A stretch of 64,000 nt of DNA. Origin: an uncultured Cryomorphaceae bacterium. Lineage in GTDB: Bacteria; Bacteroidota; Bacteroidia; Flavobacteriales_D; Cryomorphaceae. The stretch spans positions 26,220 through 90,219 of the forward strand of contig CAZNOG010000009.1 in NCBI GenBank assembly GCA_964574635.1, given 5' to 3'. Position numbers and translations under genes: made by a program. Positions 1-8,899 of this stretch are shown piece by piece. The notes under the pieces are model-generated. The model made no database searches. It worked only from the letters and a program-made list of their open reading frames with translations, and was not told the DNA's origin. Within the stretch, counting starts at the first letter, position 1, and each line of letters opens with the position of its first letter.

Positions 1-532
1 GCATGGTGGTCCAAGGCAGGCCGATGTTGTCGGGCAGTTCGCGGATCAGGGTAAAAGGGCTGTTGCCGATTTTGTAGTCGAACACATAGATGCCGATGAC
101 CATGGTGCCGATGAGCGCCTGTGCGATGGCCACGACGAACATGGTGAGGTTTTCCCACTTCCGGGCGGTAAACACCAGTATATTTCCGAGAACCGCGTAC
201 CAGAACCCCCAGAGCAGGAAGCTCCCCTCCTGCCCTTCCCAGAAAGCGGAGAAGACGTAGCGTGTCGGCATGCTCAGGTTGGCGTGTTTCCAGACGTAAT
301 CGTACTCGAAATACTTGTTGAAAAGCATGACGAACAAGACCACCACGGCACCGATCAGCGCCGCGGAATGGACGCGAAACGCCGTCCGCCCCACCTTCGT
401 GTAGAGAGGTTCGGAATGCCTGTGCGCCAGAAAGTACGCCAGAGCCGAAACCAAAACCGAAGCCAACGACACCGCCAAAAGGGCATCGCCGAGCGCGCCT
501 ATAAACGCGTGCTCACCCACATATTCTATCAT
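1..532 (-). CDS. ccmF: cytochrome c-type biogenesis protein CcmF, N-terminal part (leaves window at left edge)
   Basis: Hand translation of the minus strand from the ATG at 530-532 gives MIEYVGEHAFIGALGDALLAVSLASVL...FSAFWEGQEGSFLLWGFWYAVLG, which is multi-TM and W-rich like CcmF. The start overlaps the ccmE stop (ATGA). It is absent from the ORF track because it is open-ended. Confidence 0.8.
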   Translation of the reverse strand, partial: MIEYVGEHAFIGALGDALLAVSLASVLVSALAYFLAHRHSEPLYTKVGRTAFRVHSAALIGAVVVLFVMLFNKYFEYDYVWKHANLSMPTRYVFSAFWEGQEGSFLLWGFWYAVLGNILVFTARKWENLTMFVVAIAQALIGTMVIGIYVFDYKIGNSPFTLIRELPDNIGLPWTTM

Positions 533-945
533 CAATAATATTCTTTGTACTCCTCGTCATGAGGAATGAATTCACCGTCGGCATTGTACTTCGACGGGCA
601 TTTCATGAGCATTTCCGAGGCGTGGAATTCATCGCCTTGGGCTTTACCGATCAACACGACGCTTTCCGATCTCTCGAAGTCTTGGGGTTTGCTCTTGTTG
701 AGGATGACCCTTCGGACTTCTCCCGCTTCGTCGATCATGGTAAATTCGGTGATGTTGGGATTGACTTCCGGGTTGTACACGATGTCGGCGCTGCGATCGA
801 GCTCACCCACCACGTGGTATTCCCGTCCCGGGTTGTTGAAAGCTTCGTGAAAGTCGGCGTATGAACTCGATTCACTCACCGACCCGATCATAAATGCCGC
901 GGCCACGGCGATGATCAATATGGCCACGATGTGTGTCTTTTTCAT
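532..945 (-). CDS. ccmE: cytochrome c maturation heme chaperone CcmE (Cys-type CxxxY variant)
   Basis: 137-aa ORF with an N-terminal membrane anchor and an OB-fold-like body. The C-terminal ...EMLMKCPSKYNADGEF sits where canonical CcmE has HDENY. It lies between ccmD-like and ccmF. Confidence 0.9.
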   Translation of the reverse strand: MKKTHIVAILIIAVAAAFMIGSVSESSSYADFHEAFNNPGREYHVVGELDRSADIVYNPEVNPNITEFTMIDEAGEVRRVILNKSKPQDFERSESVVLIGKAQGDEFHASEMLMKCPSKYNADGEFIPHDEEYKEYY

Positions 946-1169
946 CTCGATTCTTTTTTCTCTCGTTGTTCCAGTTTCTTCACTTTTCGATCAAGATAGA
1001 CCAAGTACGCCACGATCAGTATGAAAGCCGCCGCAACCACGGCCGCCACCACTTTGTATTTTCCCGATTCGAACATGGTGTTGTTGAGCCAGTTCGCCTG
1101 ATTTTGGGCGGCGGCCACCGTCGAAACGGCCAAGGTCGAAAGCAATATGGTCAGGGATTTAATCGTCAT
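942..1169 (-). CDS. CcmD-like small membrane protein
   Basis: 75-aa ORF with a single TM (VVAAVVAAAFILIVAYLVYL) followed by DRKVKKLEQREKK. It occupies the ccmD position between ccmC and ccmE and overlaps both neighbours. Confidence 0.6.
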   Translation of the reverse strand: MTIKSLTILLSTLAVSTVAAAQNQANWLNNTMFESGKYKVVAAVVAAAFILIVAYLVYLDRKVKKLEQREKKESR

Positions 1170-2202
1170 TCCACATGATTTGAGCGTACTTCAATCGGTG
1201 CAGGCGGTACTTCAGTTGGAATATCCAGATGGACAGGCCTATCCACCCCAAGACCGCCGGATAAAACACCATGCGCAGATTGTCGTCCAGATCGTATTGG
1301 CTGAAGGCGGGGTTGCCGCCCACGCCCGGATGCAGTGAAGCCGTCATCCGGGGCAAGACCATGACGAAAAGGATCATCATTGCGTATGCAAAGATATTAT
1401 ACACCGCGCCAAGTCTGGCTGATTTTTCACGATCATTCACAGAAGATTTCAAAACGAAATAGGCCAAGTACACCAACACCCCCAATGCCGCGCCATTCAA
1501 GCGGGGATCGCTCACCCACCACGCGCCCCACGTGAAGCGCGCCCACACGCTCCCGGTGGCCAATCCTATGAAGGCGAACAGCAACCCCGCGTGAGCGGCG
1601 TCGCCGGCCATAAGGTCGTATTTCATGTTTCCGCTGTTCAAGTGCATAATGCTGAACACCAAAGACAGCGTCATGATGAAGAGCATGGCGAACCACGCCG
1701 GCACGTGAAAAAGGATGTTGCGGATGGTTTCGTTGAGAATGGGTTGGTTGGGAAAATGATAGTGGGCGGCTTCCTGCACGGCGATGGGCTGCAGGCAGTT
1801 TTCCTTCGAAGGCGGATTTTCGACCACTTCGAGGCCGTCTTGGATAAACGCGTTGGGGAGGCGCATGGTGCCGTCGAGGTCGTTGTTGACGTAGAGGTCA
1901 AAAAATCCCCGGCCCACCGGCTGCGCGACGCTGAAGGTCACGCGGAATTCCGTTTCGGAAACGATGGCCATTTCCGTGGGGCAAAAAATGGTCGAGCCGT
2001 TCGTGAGCCACGCTTGGAGTGAAGATTCGGCGGTCTTGAAGTTGGTGTTGTACCCGGAAACGGTCACGGAGGTCACTCCGTATTGGATGCGCTCGGGTGA
2101 AACGCGCGGAATTCCGGGGGCCAAGGGAGTGGTCAATCCCACGATCAATGTCACCAAAACGATTAGCGCCGAAAGCCACTTCCACCACGAGATAGACCCC
2201 AT
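1159..2202 (-). CDS. ccmC: heme exporter/heme-handling protein CcmC with N-terminal extension
   Basis: Internal ATG (MGSISWW...) of the 573-aa ORF; the upstream part of that ORF overlaps ccmB in another frame. Carries the W-rich motif WARFTWGAWWVSDPRLNG. It is 347 aa, versus about 250 aa for a typical CcmC. Confidence 0.85.
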   Translation of the reverse strand: MGSISWWKWLSALIVLVTLIVGLTTPLAPGIPRVSPERIQYGVTSVTVSGYNTNFKTAESSLQAWLTNGSTIFCPTEMAIVSETEFRVTFSVAQPVGRGFFDLYVNNDLDGTMRLPNAFIQDGLEVVENPPSKENCLQPIAVQEAAHYHFPNQPILNETIRNILFHVPAWFAMLFIMTLSLVFSIMHLNSGNMKYDLMAGDAAHAGLLFAFIGLATGSVWARFTWGAWWVSDPRLNGAALGVLVYLAYFVLKSSVNDREKSARLGAVYNIFAYAMMILFVMVLPRMTASLHPGVGGNPAFSQYDLDDNLRMVFYPAVLGWIGLSIWIFQLKYRLHRLKYAQIMWNDD

Positions 2203-2216
2203 CCGGTTTCCCTTGA

Positions 2217-2885
2217 TTATTCCCGCCAAAGGTAAGGAAATAATACATAGGACAAGCCCAGGGCGAGCAGCGGAACGGCCCCCAACTGCAAGGCGTAAAC
2301 GCCGTTTTCGGACCACGCGATCCCGTCGAGGGAATTCTTGGAAAACCGCATGAGAATAAGCAGCAATGGGAGGATGACCGGCAGACCCAAAATGGCCATG
2401 AGGCCCAAATTGTTCTCCGCTTGGGACGAAATGGCGGATATCAGCGTCAGCACAAACGCCAAACCGACGGCGCCCAGGAAAAGGGCCAGCATCAGCGCTC
2501 CGGCATGGACTTGTTGCAGGGGATCCGTGCCGAGCATCAACGCGTACATGCCGAACCCTACGAAAACCATGACCACCAGAAGGAAGGCGTTGTATATCAT
2601 CTTGCCGATGATCACCGATTCGGGCGAAGCCAACGTATAGAGATACAGTCTGCGGCCGGCGTTCTCGGAGGCGAAACTCCGTGCGGAGGCATTGAAGGCG
2701 GCAAACAAAACGATGATCCAAAACAGGGCGTTCCACGTCGGAACGTCGACGATGCGCCGGAACGCCAAGTACGACACGAAAACCGAAGCGGCGATGTACA
2801 GAAAGACGCTGCCCAACGCGTGCGGACGACGCCACTCCATGCGCAAATCTTTTCCCACCACGGCTCTGACCTCCCTCCAATCCAT
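2217..2885 (-). CDS. ccmB: heme exporter membrane protein CcmB
   Basis: 222-aa polytopic membrane ORF directly upstream of ccmC, with CcmB-like length and hydrophobic pattern. Confidence 0.8.
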   Translation of the reverse strand: MDWREVRAVVGKDLRMEWRRPHALGSVFLYIAASVFVSYLAFRRIVDVPTWNALFWIIVLFAAFNASARSFASENAGRRLYLYTLASPESVIIGKMIYNAFLLVVMVFVGFGMYALMLGTDPLQQVHAGALMLALFLGAVGLAFVLTLISAISSQAENNLGLMAILGLPVILPLLLILMRFSKNSLDGIAWSENGVYALQLGAVPLLALGLSYVLFPYLWRE

Positions 2886-2887
2886 AT

Positions 2888-4285
2888 TCAGGACTTTATT
2901 TCAACGACTTCACCCTCTTCGGGCAAATGGATGTGGTGAAAGCCTCCCGCTTCGAGATGATCCCGGTACGCTTCCCTCACTTCCGGTCGGCCGTGTACCA
3001 AAAACAGGTGGGTGATGAGATGGGGTTCCTGACAACTCAAGTACTCCATCATCTCCGAATAATCCCCGTGCGCCGAGTACGAATCCAAGACTTCCACGCG
3101 CGCCTTTACGCTGTACTCACGGCCGTGGATCCTCACGCTTTCGGCGCCTTCCCTCAACTGCCCACCCAAAGTGGAAGGTTCGCAGTACCCCACGATCAAC
3201 ACCGTGTTTCGAGAGTCTTCCAAATTGTTCTTGAGATGGTGCACGATGCGGCCGGCCTCGGCCATACCCGAAGCCGAAATGATGATGGCCGGCTCGCGGA
3301 GAGAGTTGATCAACTTGGAATACTTCGCCTCGCGGATGTAGTGGAGATTCGAAAATCCGAAGGGCTCTTTGTCGCGCTCCATGTACTTCAACATGCGCTC
3401 GTTGTAATGGTCGGGGAAGGAACGCACGATCTCCGTGGCATTGGTGCTCAACGGACTGTCGACAAACACTTTGATGGGCGGAAGCTCTCCTTCCGATTCC
3501 AAGCGGTCCAGTGCGTAGACGATCTCCTGCGTACGCCCCAAACTGAAGGACGGAATGATCAATTTTCCCTTGTTGTCCACGCACGTTTCCTGCACGATTC
3601 GGCCCAAGGTGTGCCGGTCGTGGTCTACGGATGCGTGCAAGCGGTCGCCGTACGTGCTTTCGGTGATGATGACGTCGGCACGGGGAAAGGGCTCCGGGCC
3701 CCGAATGATTTTCTGGTCCCGTCTTCCTATGTCTCCCGTGTAGGCCACTCGGTGGGTTTTCCTCCCTTCGCGGATGCGGAGGTTCACGCAGGCACTGCCC
3801 AAAATGTGGCCGACGTATGTGAACATCGCCGTGAGGTTCTCGCCCAGGTCATGCCACTCGTCGTAGGTCAAAGGCCGAAACAAATCCATGGCTTTCCTCA
3901 CGTCGTCGACGTCGTACAGGGGTTCCGCGAGTTCGCCGTGCACGTGCTTTGATTCGTATTTGAAATCCGACATTTGAATATGGGCCGAATCGGCGAGCAT
4001 GATCTCGCAGAGCGCCATCGTCGGTTCGGTGCAGTAGATGGGGCCTGAAAAACCCCGTTTGACCAAAAGCGGCAACAAACCCGAATGATCGATGTGGGCG
4101 TGCGACAAAATAACCACGTCGACCGATGCGGGGTCGAAGCCCAAGTCGCGGTTCCTCCTCCCGGCGTCGGCTTCACGCCCTTGGTACATGCCGCAATCCA
4201 ATAGGATGCGCAACCCCTCTTCGGTTTCGATGAGATGTTTGGAGCCCGTCACGGTGCCCGCTGCGCCTTTGAATGCTATTTTCAC
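2888..4285 (-). CDS. MBL-fold beta-CASP hydrolase (RNA-metabolising metallo-beta-lactamase family)
   Basis: 465 aa with the HxHxDH motif (SHAHIDHSG) and downstream beta-CASP-like motifs. Its stop lies 2 nt before the ccmB start. Confidence 0.85.
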   Translation of the reverse strand: MKIAFKGAAGTVTGSKHLIETEEGLRILLDCGMYQGREADAGRRNRDLGFDPASVDVVILSHAHIDHSGLLPLLVKRGFSGPIYCTEPTMALCEIMLADSAHIQMSDFKYESKHVHGELAEPLYDVDDVRKAMDLFRPLTYDEWHDLGENLTAMFTYVGHILGSACVNLRIREGRKTHRVAYTGDIGRRDQKIIRGPEPFPRADVIITESTYGDRLHASVDHDRHTLGRIVQETCVDNKGKLIIPSFSLGRTQEIVYALDRLESEGELPPIKVFVDSPLSTNATEIVRSFPDHYNERMLKYMERDKEPFGFSNLHYIREAKYSKLINSLREPAIIISASGMAEAGRIVHHLKNNLEDSRNTVLIVGYCEPSTLGGQLREGAESVRIHGREYSVKARVEVLDSYSAHGDYSEMMEYLSCQEPHLITHLFLVHGRPEVREAYRDHLEAGGFHHIHLPEEGEVVEIKS

Positions 4286-4428
4286 TACCGGTGGATTGGC
4301 GGAATATCTGCATGCAAAGTAAAGGAATACATCCGGGCTTGGGCGATTTTCGGTTCGCCGTCAAAATGCGATCTTTGAGCCACCGGATTTCGCGGAAATC
4401 CTCAAATCAATCCGACAAGGGAAGACAC

Positions 4429-4806
4429 ATGAAAACACTGGAAACCAAAAATGCGCCGGCACCCATCGGGCCATACAGCCAAGCGGTCGTAACCGGAAAA
4501 ACTTTGTTCATCAGCGGGCAAGTGCCCATCGACCCCGAAACGGGAACCATGGTTTCGGGCGGCATCTCGGCCGAAACCCACCAAGTGATGAAAAACCTCA
4601 GAGCCGTTCTCGCCGAAGCCGGGTTGGACTTCTCCAACGTGGTGAAATCGTCGATATTCATCACGAACATGGACGACTTTAAAGCGGTGAACGAAGTGTA
4701 CGGCTCTTACCTAAATCAGCCCTTTCCGGCTCGGGAAACGGTGGAAGTACGTCGGCTGCCGGCCAATGCGCGGGTGGAAATCTCCATGATCGCCGAACTG
4801 GGATAA
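4429..4806 (+). CDS. ridA: RidA/YjgF family reactive-intermediate deaminase
   Basis: Internal ATG at 4429 gives MKTLETKNAPAPIGPYSQAV...SGQVPIDP...ARETVEV..LP..ARVEI, a classic RidA of 125 aa. Confidence 0.9.
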   Translation: MKTLETKNAPAPIGPYSQAVVTGKTLFISGQVPIDPETGTMVSGGISAETHQVMKNLRAVLAEAGLDFSNVVKSSIFITNMDDFKAVNEVYGSYLNQPFPARETVEVRRLPANARVEISMIAELG

Positions 4807-5101
4807 GCGCTTTTACGCGCTGAAATCCATAGCTCTTCCATGCCGCAAAGTTGAATTCTTCGGGCGAAGGAAAACCAAAGCCTTAAGGACCTTTTGCGTG
4901 AGGGCGGCTGCCGGCATCCTTTTTCGGTCGGGGGTTTTGGCGGCAGTCGGAAAAACCGAAGCGAAATCGCAAGTCACCGAAAACTCGGGGTACACTCCGC
5001 CCCGAAAAAGATAGAGGCAAGAGACCGACCCCGGCGAAAGTCGATAAAATCAGGTGAGGGAAACGCGGTTTCCACCGGCGACAAAAGAAAAAAGACTACG
5101 C

Positions 5102-5120
5102 CGGGGGCACGCCCAAAAAA
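5102..5120 (+). repeat. dispersed motif CGGGGGCACGCCCAAAAA, copy
   Basis: Lies 42 nt downstream of the M61 stop. It is an inverted partner of the 7026-7043 copy. Confidence 0.7.
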
Positions 5121-5161
5121 CCCCGAATATTCTGAAAATCATAGGCAATCACCACCAGGTG

Positions 5162-6874
5162 TTACTTTTGGAATCCAAGGGATTTCCAGCGGTGAAAGGG
5201 TGTGCCCGGGCGCGTGGCCGTCGGTTTGATTTCGATGTCGTGAAAATGAACCCGACCGTCGGGTTTGAGCATTTCCCGCATGCGTTTGTAGCCCGAACGG
5301 TAGCTCATTCGGAGAGAAACCGGCGAGAAACCATGGTCGGTTTCCATGAAAGTTTTGGCATCGGCCTCATTGATTTCCAACACAATGTCGTCGTGAGCCA
5401 AATCGCCGTGGTCTGCGGGAGAATCGGGCGCAATGTTCCACACCACCATGCGTCCGTCGATCTCTTCGAGGTGCAGACCAAAGGCCGATTTCACGTTCGA
5501 CGCCGGCGCCTTTTCCACGACCTCCAGACCGACCTTCTCCAACGCAATCTGAAAATAGCCCTCCAAGAATCCCCGTCCGTCGATCACCTCAGCGCGCAAT
5601 TGCTCCCAGTCGGCATCGGCCGTTTCGGCCACCAAATTCCAGAACTCGTCTTCGGTAAAACCCTGTGCCGGATCGACCTTTTCGTACATCTTCCTCATGA
5701 CGGTAGACAAGTCGGCGCCGCCGTCGCTGGCCTCGAAAAGCCACTGGTCGAGCACGAAAGCGAACATCGCCCCTTCGCCGTAAATGCTCACTCGCCGGTG
5801 CGGCGTTCCCCGTCCGTAGCCGTCCACCCAAGTATCCACCGAAGAGTCGGCCAGCGACAGGTTCAACCGACCCTTGCCGTGCTTGTGGCGCTGTAAATGG
5901 ACGGCCAACTCGCGCAAAAAATCCGCGTCTTCAAACACCCCCGATTGCCACAGCAATTTGTCGCCCATGTAGGTGGTGATTCCCTCGGCGACGTAGCCCA
6001 GCCGACTCGCGCTCGGTCCGGAAAAATCGTAGGGCGTCCACTCCGCGGGGCGAAAACGCTTGACGTTCCAAGTGTGGTACAACTCGTGCGACGACACCCC
6101 GAGAAACTCGGCGTACATCTCCGGTTTGGTCAGGTCTTCCGCCGGCCCGAGTATGATGACCGTGCTCTCTTCGTGCTCCACGCCGTGGTGCATCCTCACG
6201 GGCATAAACAGGAGCATGAAGCGGTATTGCCGCGTGGGAAAACCTCCGAAAACGCGGATTTGCGCCTCGGTAAACGCGCGAAAATGTTCCACCACTTGCT
6301 CCTCGTCCAGCTCGGTTTCTCCGTATATATCAATGTGAAAATGAACACCTTCCACCTCGTACTCGAGGTGCCTCAAATTGGCGGCAGCCAAAATCGGCGA
6401 GTCCATGAGGTGCTGCAAATTGCGCGCGGCGTACGCCCTTCCGCGGACCAATTCCATCGGCGTCACCGCCTGCCAATCGGCCGGAAGCTCCACCTCCAAT
6501 TCCGAAGGGGCATCTTCCAAACCGGTCGTATACATCAATGCATTTACGGGATTGATCAGCAGGAAATTGCGGTCGCAGTACGTATTGCCGGCCGACAAAT
6601 CCCCGGCGTACAATTCGTAAGTCACCTTCAGCGCCTCGCCCTTTCGCGCGTCCACCTCCCATTGGTGCGGTGAAATCTTCCGCGAATTCAGCTCATTGCC
6701 TGCACTTTCAACCCGTACACCAATAAAGTTTTTTACAAAATTTCCTCTTTCGTATCGCCCCGGTCGCCAGTAGGATACCATCAGGCGGGGATTGTCGTGA
6801 GGAGCCTCGAAAAAGTATTCCACGCGCATGTGTCGGCGCTTGCCTTCGTTCGGCCTAATCGTATATCGCTGCAT
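5162..6874 (-). CDS. M61 family (glycyl aminopeptidase-like) metallopeptidase with C-terminal PDZ-like region
   Basis: 570 aa with the HExxH motif in SSHELYHTWNVKRFRP and M61-like architecture. Confidence 0.8.
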   Translation of the reverse strand: MQRYTIRPNEGKRRHMRVEYFFEAPHDNPRLMVSYWRPGRYERGNFVKNFIGVRVESAGNELNSRKISPHQWEVDARKGEALKVTYELYAGDLSAGNTYCDRNFLLINPVNALMYTTGLEDAPSELEVELPADWQAVTPMELVRGRAYAARNLQHLMDSPILAAANLRHLEYEVEGVHFHIDIYGETELDEEQVVEHFRAFTEAQIRVFGGFPTRQYRFMLLFMPVRMHHGVEHEESTVIILGPAEDLTKPEMYAEFLGVSSHELYHTWNVKRFRPAEWTPYDFSGPSASRLGYVAEGITTYMGDKLLWQSGVFEDADFLRELAVHLQRHKHGKGRLNLSLADSSVDTWVDGYGRGTPHRRVSIYGEGAMFAFVLDQWLFEASDGGADLSTVMRKMYEKVDPAQGFTEDEFWNLVAETADADWEQLRAEVIDGRGFLEGYFQIALEKVGLEVVEKAPASNVKSAFGLHLEEIDGRMVVWNIAPDSPADHGDLAHDDIVLEINEADAKTFMETDHGFSPVSLRMSYRSGYKRMREMLKPDGRVHFHDIEIKPTATRPGTPFHRWKSLGFQK

Positions 6875-7025
6875 ATCAAAACGTTGATCACCCGAGGACG
6901 ATCACAAACTTCATCGTGCAAAGTCCGCGGATTCAGGTACAAAGGTCGGACTTGCGAACGACATGGTAAAACGCGCATCGGTTCAAGGCCGGTTTCTTCA
7001 CGACCCTGCAGTCGGTGCGTTTCCG

Positions 7026-7043
7026 TTTTTGGGCGTGCCCCCG
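7026..7043 (-). repeat. dispersed motif CGGGGGCACGCCCAAAAA, copy (inverted)
   Basis: The plus strand reads TTTTTGGGCGTGCCCCCG, about 150 nt upstream of the M61 start. Confidence 0.7.
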
Positions 7044-7388
7044 GGCGACCTTTATGGAGACAATCCGAACACACATGTGCCTGTGTTCCTGTATTCGGGC
7101 AAGGTGCTCACCCCGGGGTCGGCCTACAGGTTCTATCTCTCCGCCCCGCGTCGTTCGTGCGCAAGGCGGATGCACGAGCTCATAAAATCGCTGTCCCTCC
7201 GCCGCGCCCGAAACCTCGCGCGGCGGAGAGGATGCCACCTTCCGTCCTCACGCGCCGCAGTGTGGCTTCATTCGAGCCCGATCCCATTCGGCCGGGGGCG
7301 TGGAACCCGGTCATGAAAAATCCTCCCCGTTTGGCGCGCAAGTTTTCGTAATTTCGCCGTCTGTTAACGTCACGAAAAAAACCGGATC

Positions 7389-8777
7389 ATGAAATACGAT
7401 GTCATCGTTTTGGGCAGTGGCCCCGGTGGATATGTAGCCGCCATACGTTCTAGCCAATTGGGATTCAAAACCGCCGTTGTAGAGCGGGAAAATTTGGGCG
7501 GCATCTGCCTGAATTGGGGTTGCATCCCCACCAAAGCCTTGTTGAAGAGCGCCAACGTTTTTGAGTACATCTCCCATTCGGAGGATTACGGCATCTCGCT
7601 CAACAACCCCAAAGCCGACTTTTCGGGCATGATCAAGCGCAGCCGCGATGTGGCCGCCGGCATGAACAAAGGCGTGGAGTTTTTGATGAAGAAGAACAAA
7701 ATCGACGTGATCTTCGGAGAGGGCAAGGTGAAGGCCGGTCGCAAGATCGACGTGACGGACAAAGACGGCAAGACCACCACCTACGAGGGAAAGCACATCA
7801 TCATCTCGACCGGTGCCCGAGCAAAGGAACTCCCCAACATCAAGATCGACGGCGAAAAAATCATCGAATACCGCAAGGCGATGTCGCTGGAGAAACAGCC
7901 GAAGAAGATGGTGGTGATGGGCAGCGGCGCCATCGGAAGTGAATTCGCGTATTTCTACAACGCCATCGGCACGGAAGTGACCATCGTGGAGTACCTCGAC
8001 AACGTGGTGCCCCGGGAAGACGAAGAAGTGTCGAAGCAATTGGGCCGTTCTTTCAAGAAAGCCGGCATCAAGGTGATGACCTCCGCATCCGTGGAGAGCG
8101 TGGATACTTCCGGCAGTGGGTGCAAGGTGAAAGTGAAGACCAAGAAAGGCGAAGAAACCATCGAGTGCGACGTGGTACTCAGCGCCGTGGGCGTGACACC
8201 AAATACGGAAAACATCGGCTTGGAAGAAGTGGGCATCAAAACCGAAAAAGGCTATGTGAAGGTCGACGAATTTTACCGCACCAACGTAGAGGGTTATTAC
8301 GCCATCGGCGATTGCGTACCGGGTCCCGCATTGGCGCACGTGGCGAGTGCCGAGGGCATCACCTGTGTTGAGAAAATCAAAGGCATGGAAGTGGAAGCCA
8401 TCGACTACGGCAACATTCCCAACTGTACGTATTGCTCGCCCGAGGTGGCCAGCGTGGGCATGACCGAAGACCAAGCCAAGGAAGCCGGTTACGAACTGAA
8501 AGTGGGCAAATTCCCGTTTTCAGCTTCGGGCAAAGCCAAGGCGGCGGGCCACAGCGACGGGTTCGTAAAACTGGTTTTTGACGCCAAATACGGTGAACTT
8601 CTGGGCGGGCACATGATCGGGTCCAACGTTACCGAAATGGTGGCCGAACTGGTGTCCATCCGAAAGTTGGAAACCACCGGCCACGAAATCATCAAGACCA
8701 TCCACCCCCACCCCACCATGAGCGAAGCCATCATGGAAGCGGCCGCCGCGGCGTACGGGGAGGTGATTCATATTTGA
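7389..8777 (+). CDS. lpdA: dihydrolipoyl dehydrogenase
   Basis: 462 aa with a GxGxxG FAD motif (VLGSGPGGY) and the redox disulfide GGICLNWGCIPTK. The long antisense ORF at 7311-8474 is discounted. Confidence 0.95.
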   Translation: MKYDVIVLGSGPGGYVAAIRSSQLGFKTAVVERENLGGICLNWGCIPTKALLKSANVFEYISHSEDYGISLNNPKADFSGMIKRSRDVAAGMNKGVEFLMKKNKIDVIFGEGKVKAGRKIDVTDKDGKTTTYEGKHIIISTGARAKELPNIKIDGEKIIEYRKAMSLEKQPKKMVVMGSGAIGSEFAYFYNAIGTEVTIVEYLDNVVPREDEEVSKQLGRSFKKAGIKVMTSASVESVDTSGSGCKVKVKTKKGEETIECDVVLSAVGVTPNTENIGLEEVGIKTEKGYVKVDEFYRTNVEGYYAIGDCVPGPALAHVASAEGITCVEKIKGMEVEAIDYGNIPNCTYCSPEVASVGMTEDQAKEAGYELKVGKFPFSASGKAKAAGHSDGFVKLVFDAKYGELLGGHMIGSNVTEMVAELVSIRKLETTGHEIIKTIHPHPTMSEAIMEAAAAAYGEVIHI

Positions 8778-8779
8778 GA
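8497..8779 (+). repeat. perfect direct repeat, copy 1 (lpdA 3' end)
   Basis: Identical by eye to 11505-11787, at an offset of 3,008 nt. Confidence 0.9.
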
Positions 8780-8899
8780 TAGACCACGCATTCGAAAGCG
8801 GAGGGAATTTTTATTTCAGTACAAAGCTCCTTCCGTAATTCCGTTTCTTTTCACGCAGCGGAAAGGGCGGTCGCGCAAGGTTTGGCCGACGCCGTCGGC

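Noticed and set aside
1159-2880. Very long N-terminal extensions of track ORFs. Examples are the 573-aa version of ccmC, the 565-aa version of Nif3, the 613-aa version of gatB and the 315-aa version of the SRPBCC protein.
   Set aside because: The extensions overlap the upstream gene in another frame and are Arg/Pro/His-rich. The recognisable protein begins at an internal ATG, often with a signal peptide or an ATGA overlap with the preceding stop.
4807-5161. Possible small gene or sRNA in the 355-nt convergent gap after ridA
   Set aside because: Only a 60-aa ORF and a 111-aa Arg/Lys-rich ORF are present, with no clear terminator-bounded hairpin set. The only reproducible element is the dispersed motif at 5102, which is reported separately.
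6919-6960. RNase P RNA, suggested by the AAAGTCCG string
   Set aside because: The string continues CGGATTCAGG rather than GGGC. The conserved ACAGAACCCGGCTTA-type 3' element is absent, and the local sequence simply forms one hairpin.
7311-8474. Long ORFs antisense to well-supported genes. These include 7311-8474, 23333-24541, 26846-28048, 28234-29757, 39995-41164, 41757-43166, 44785-45456, 57645-58649, 60762-61625 and 62357-63142.
   Set aside because: The opposite strand encodes proteins with unambiguous catalytic motifs. The antisense products are His/Arg/Gly/Val-rich with no motifs, which is typical of stop-codon-poor antisense frames in GC-rich DNA.
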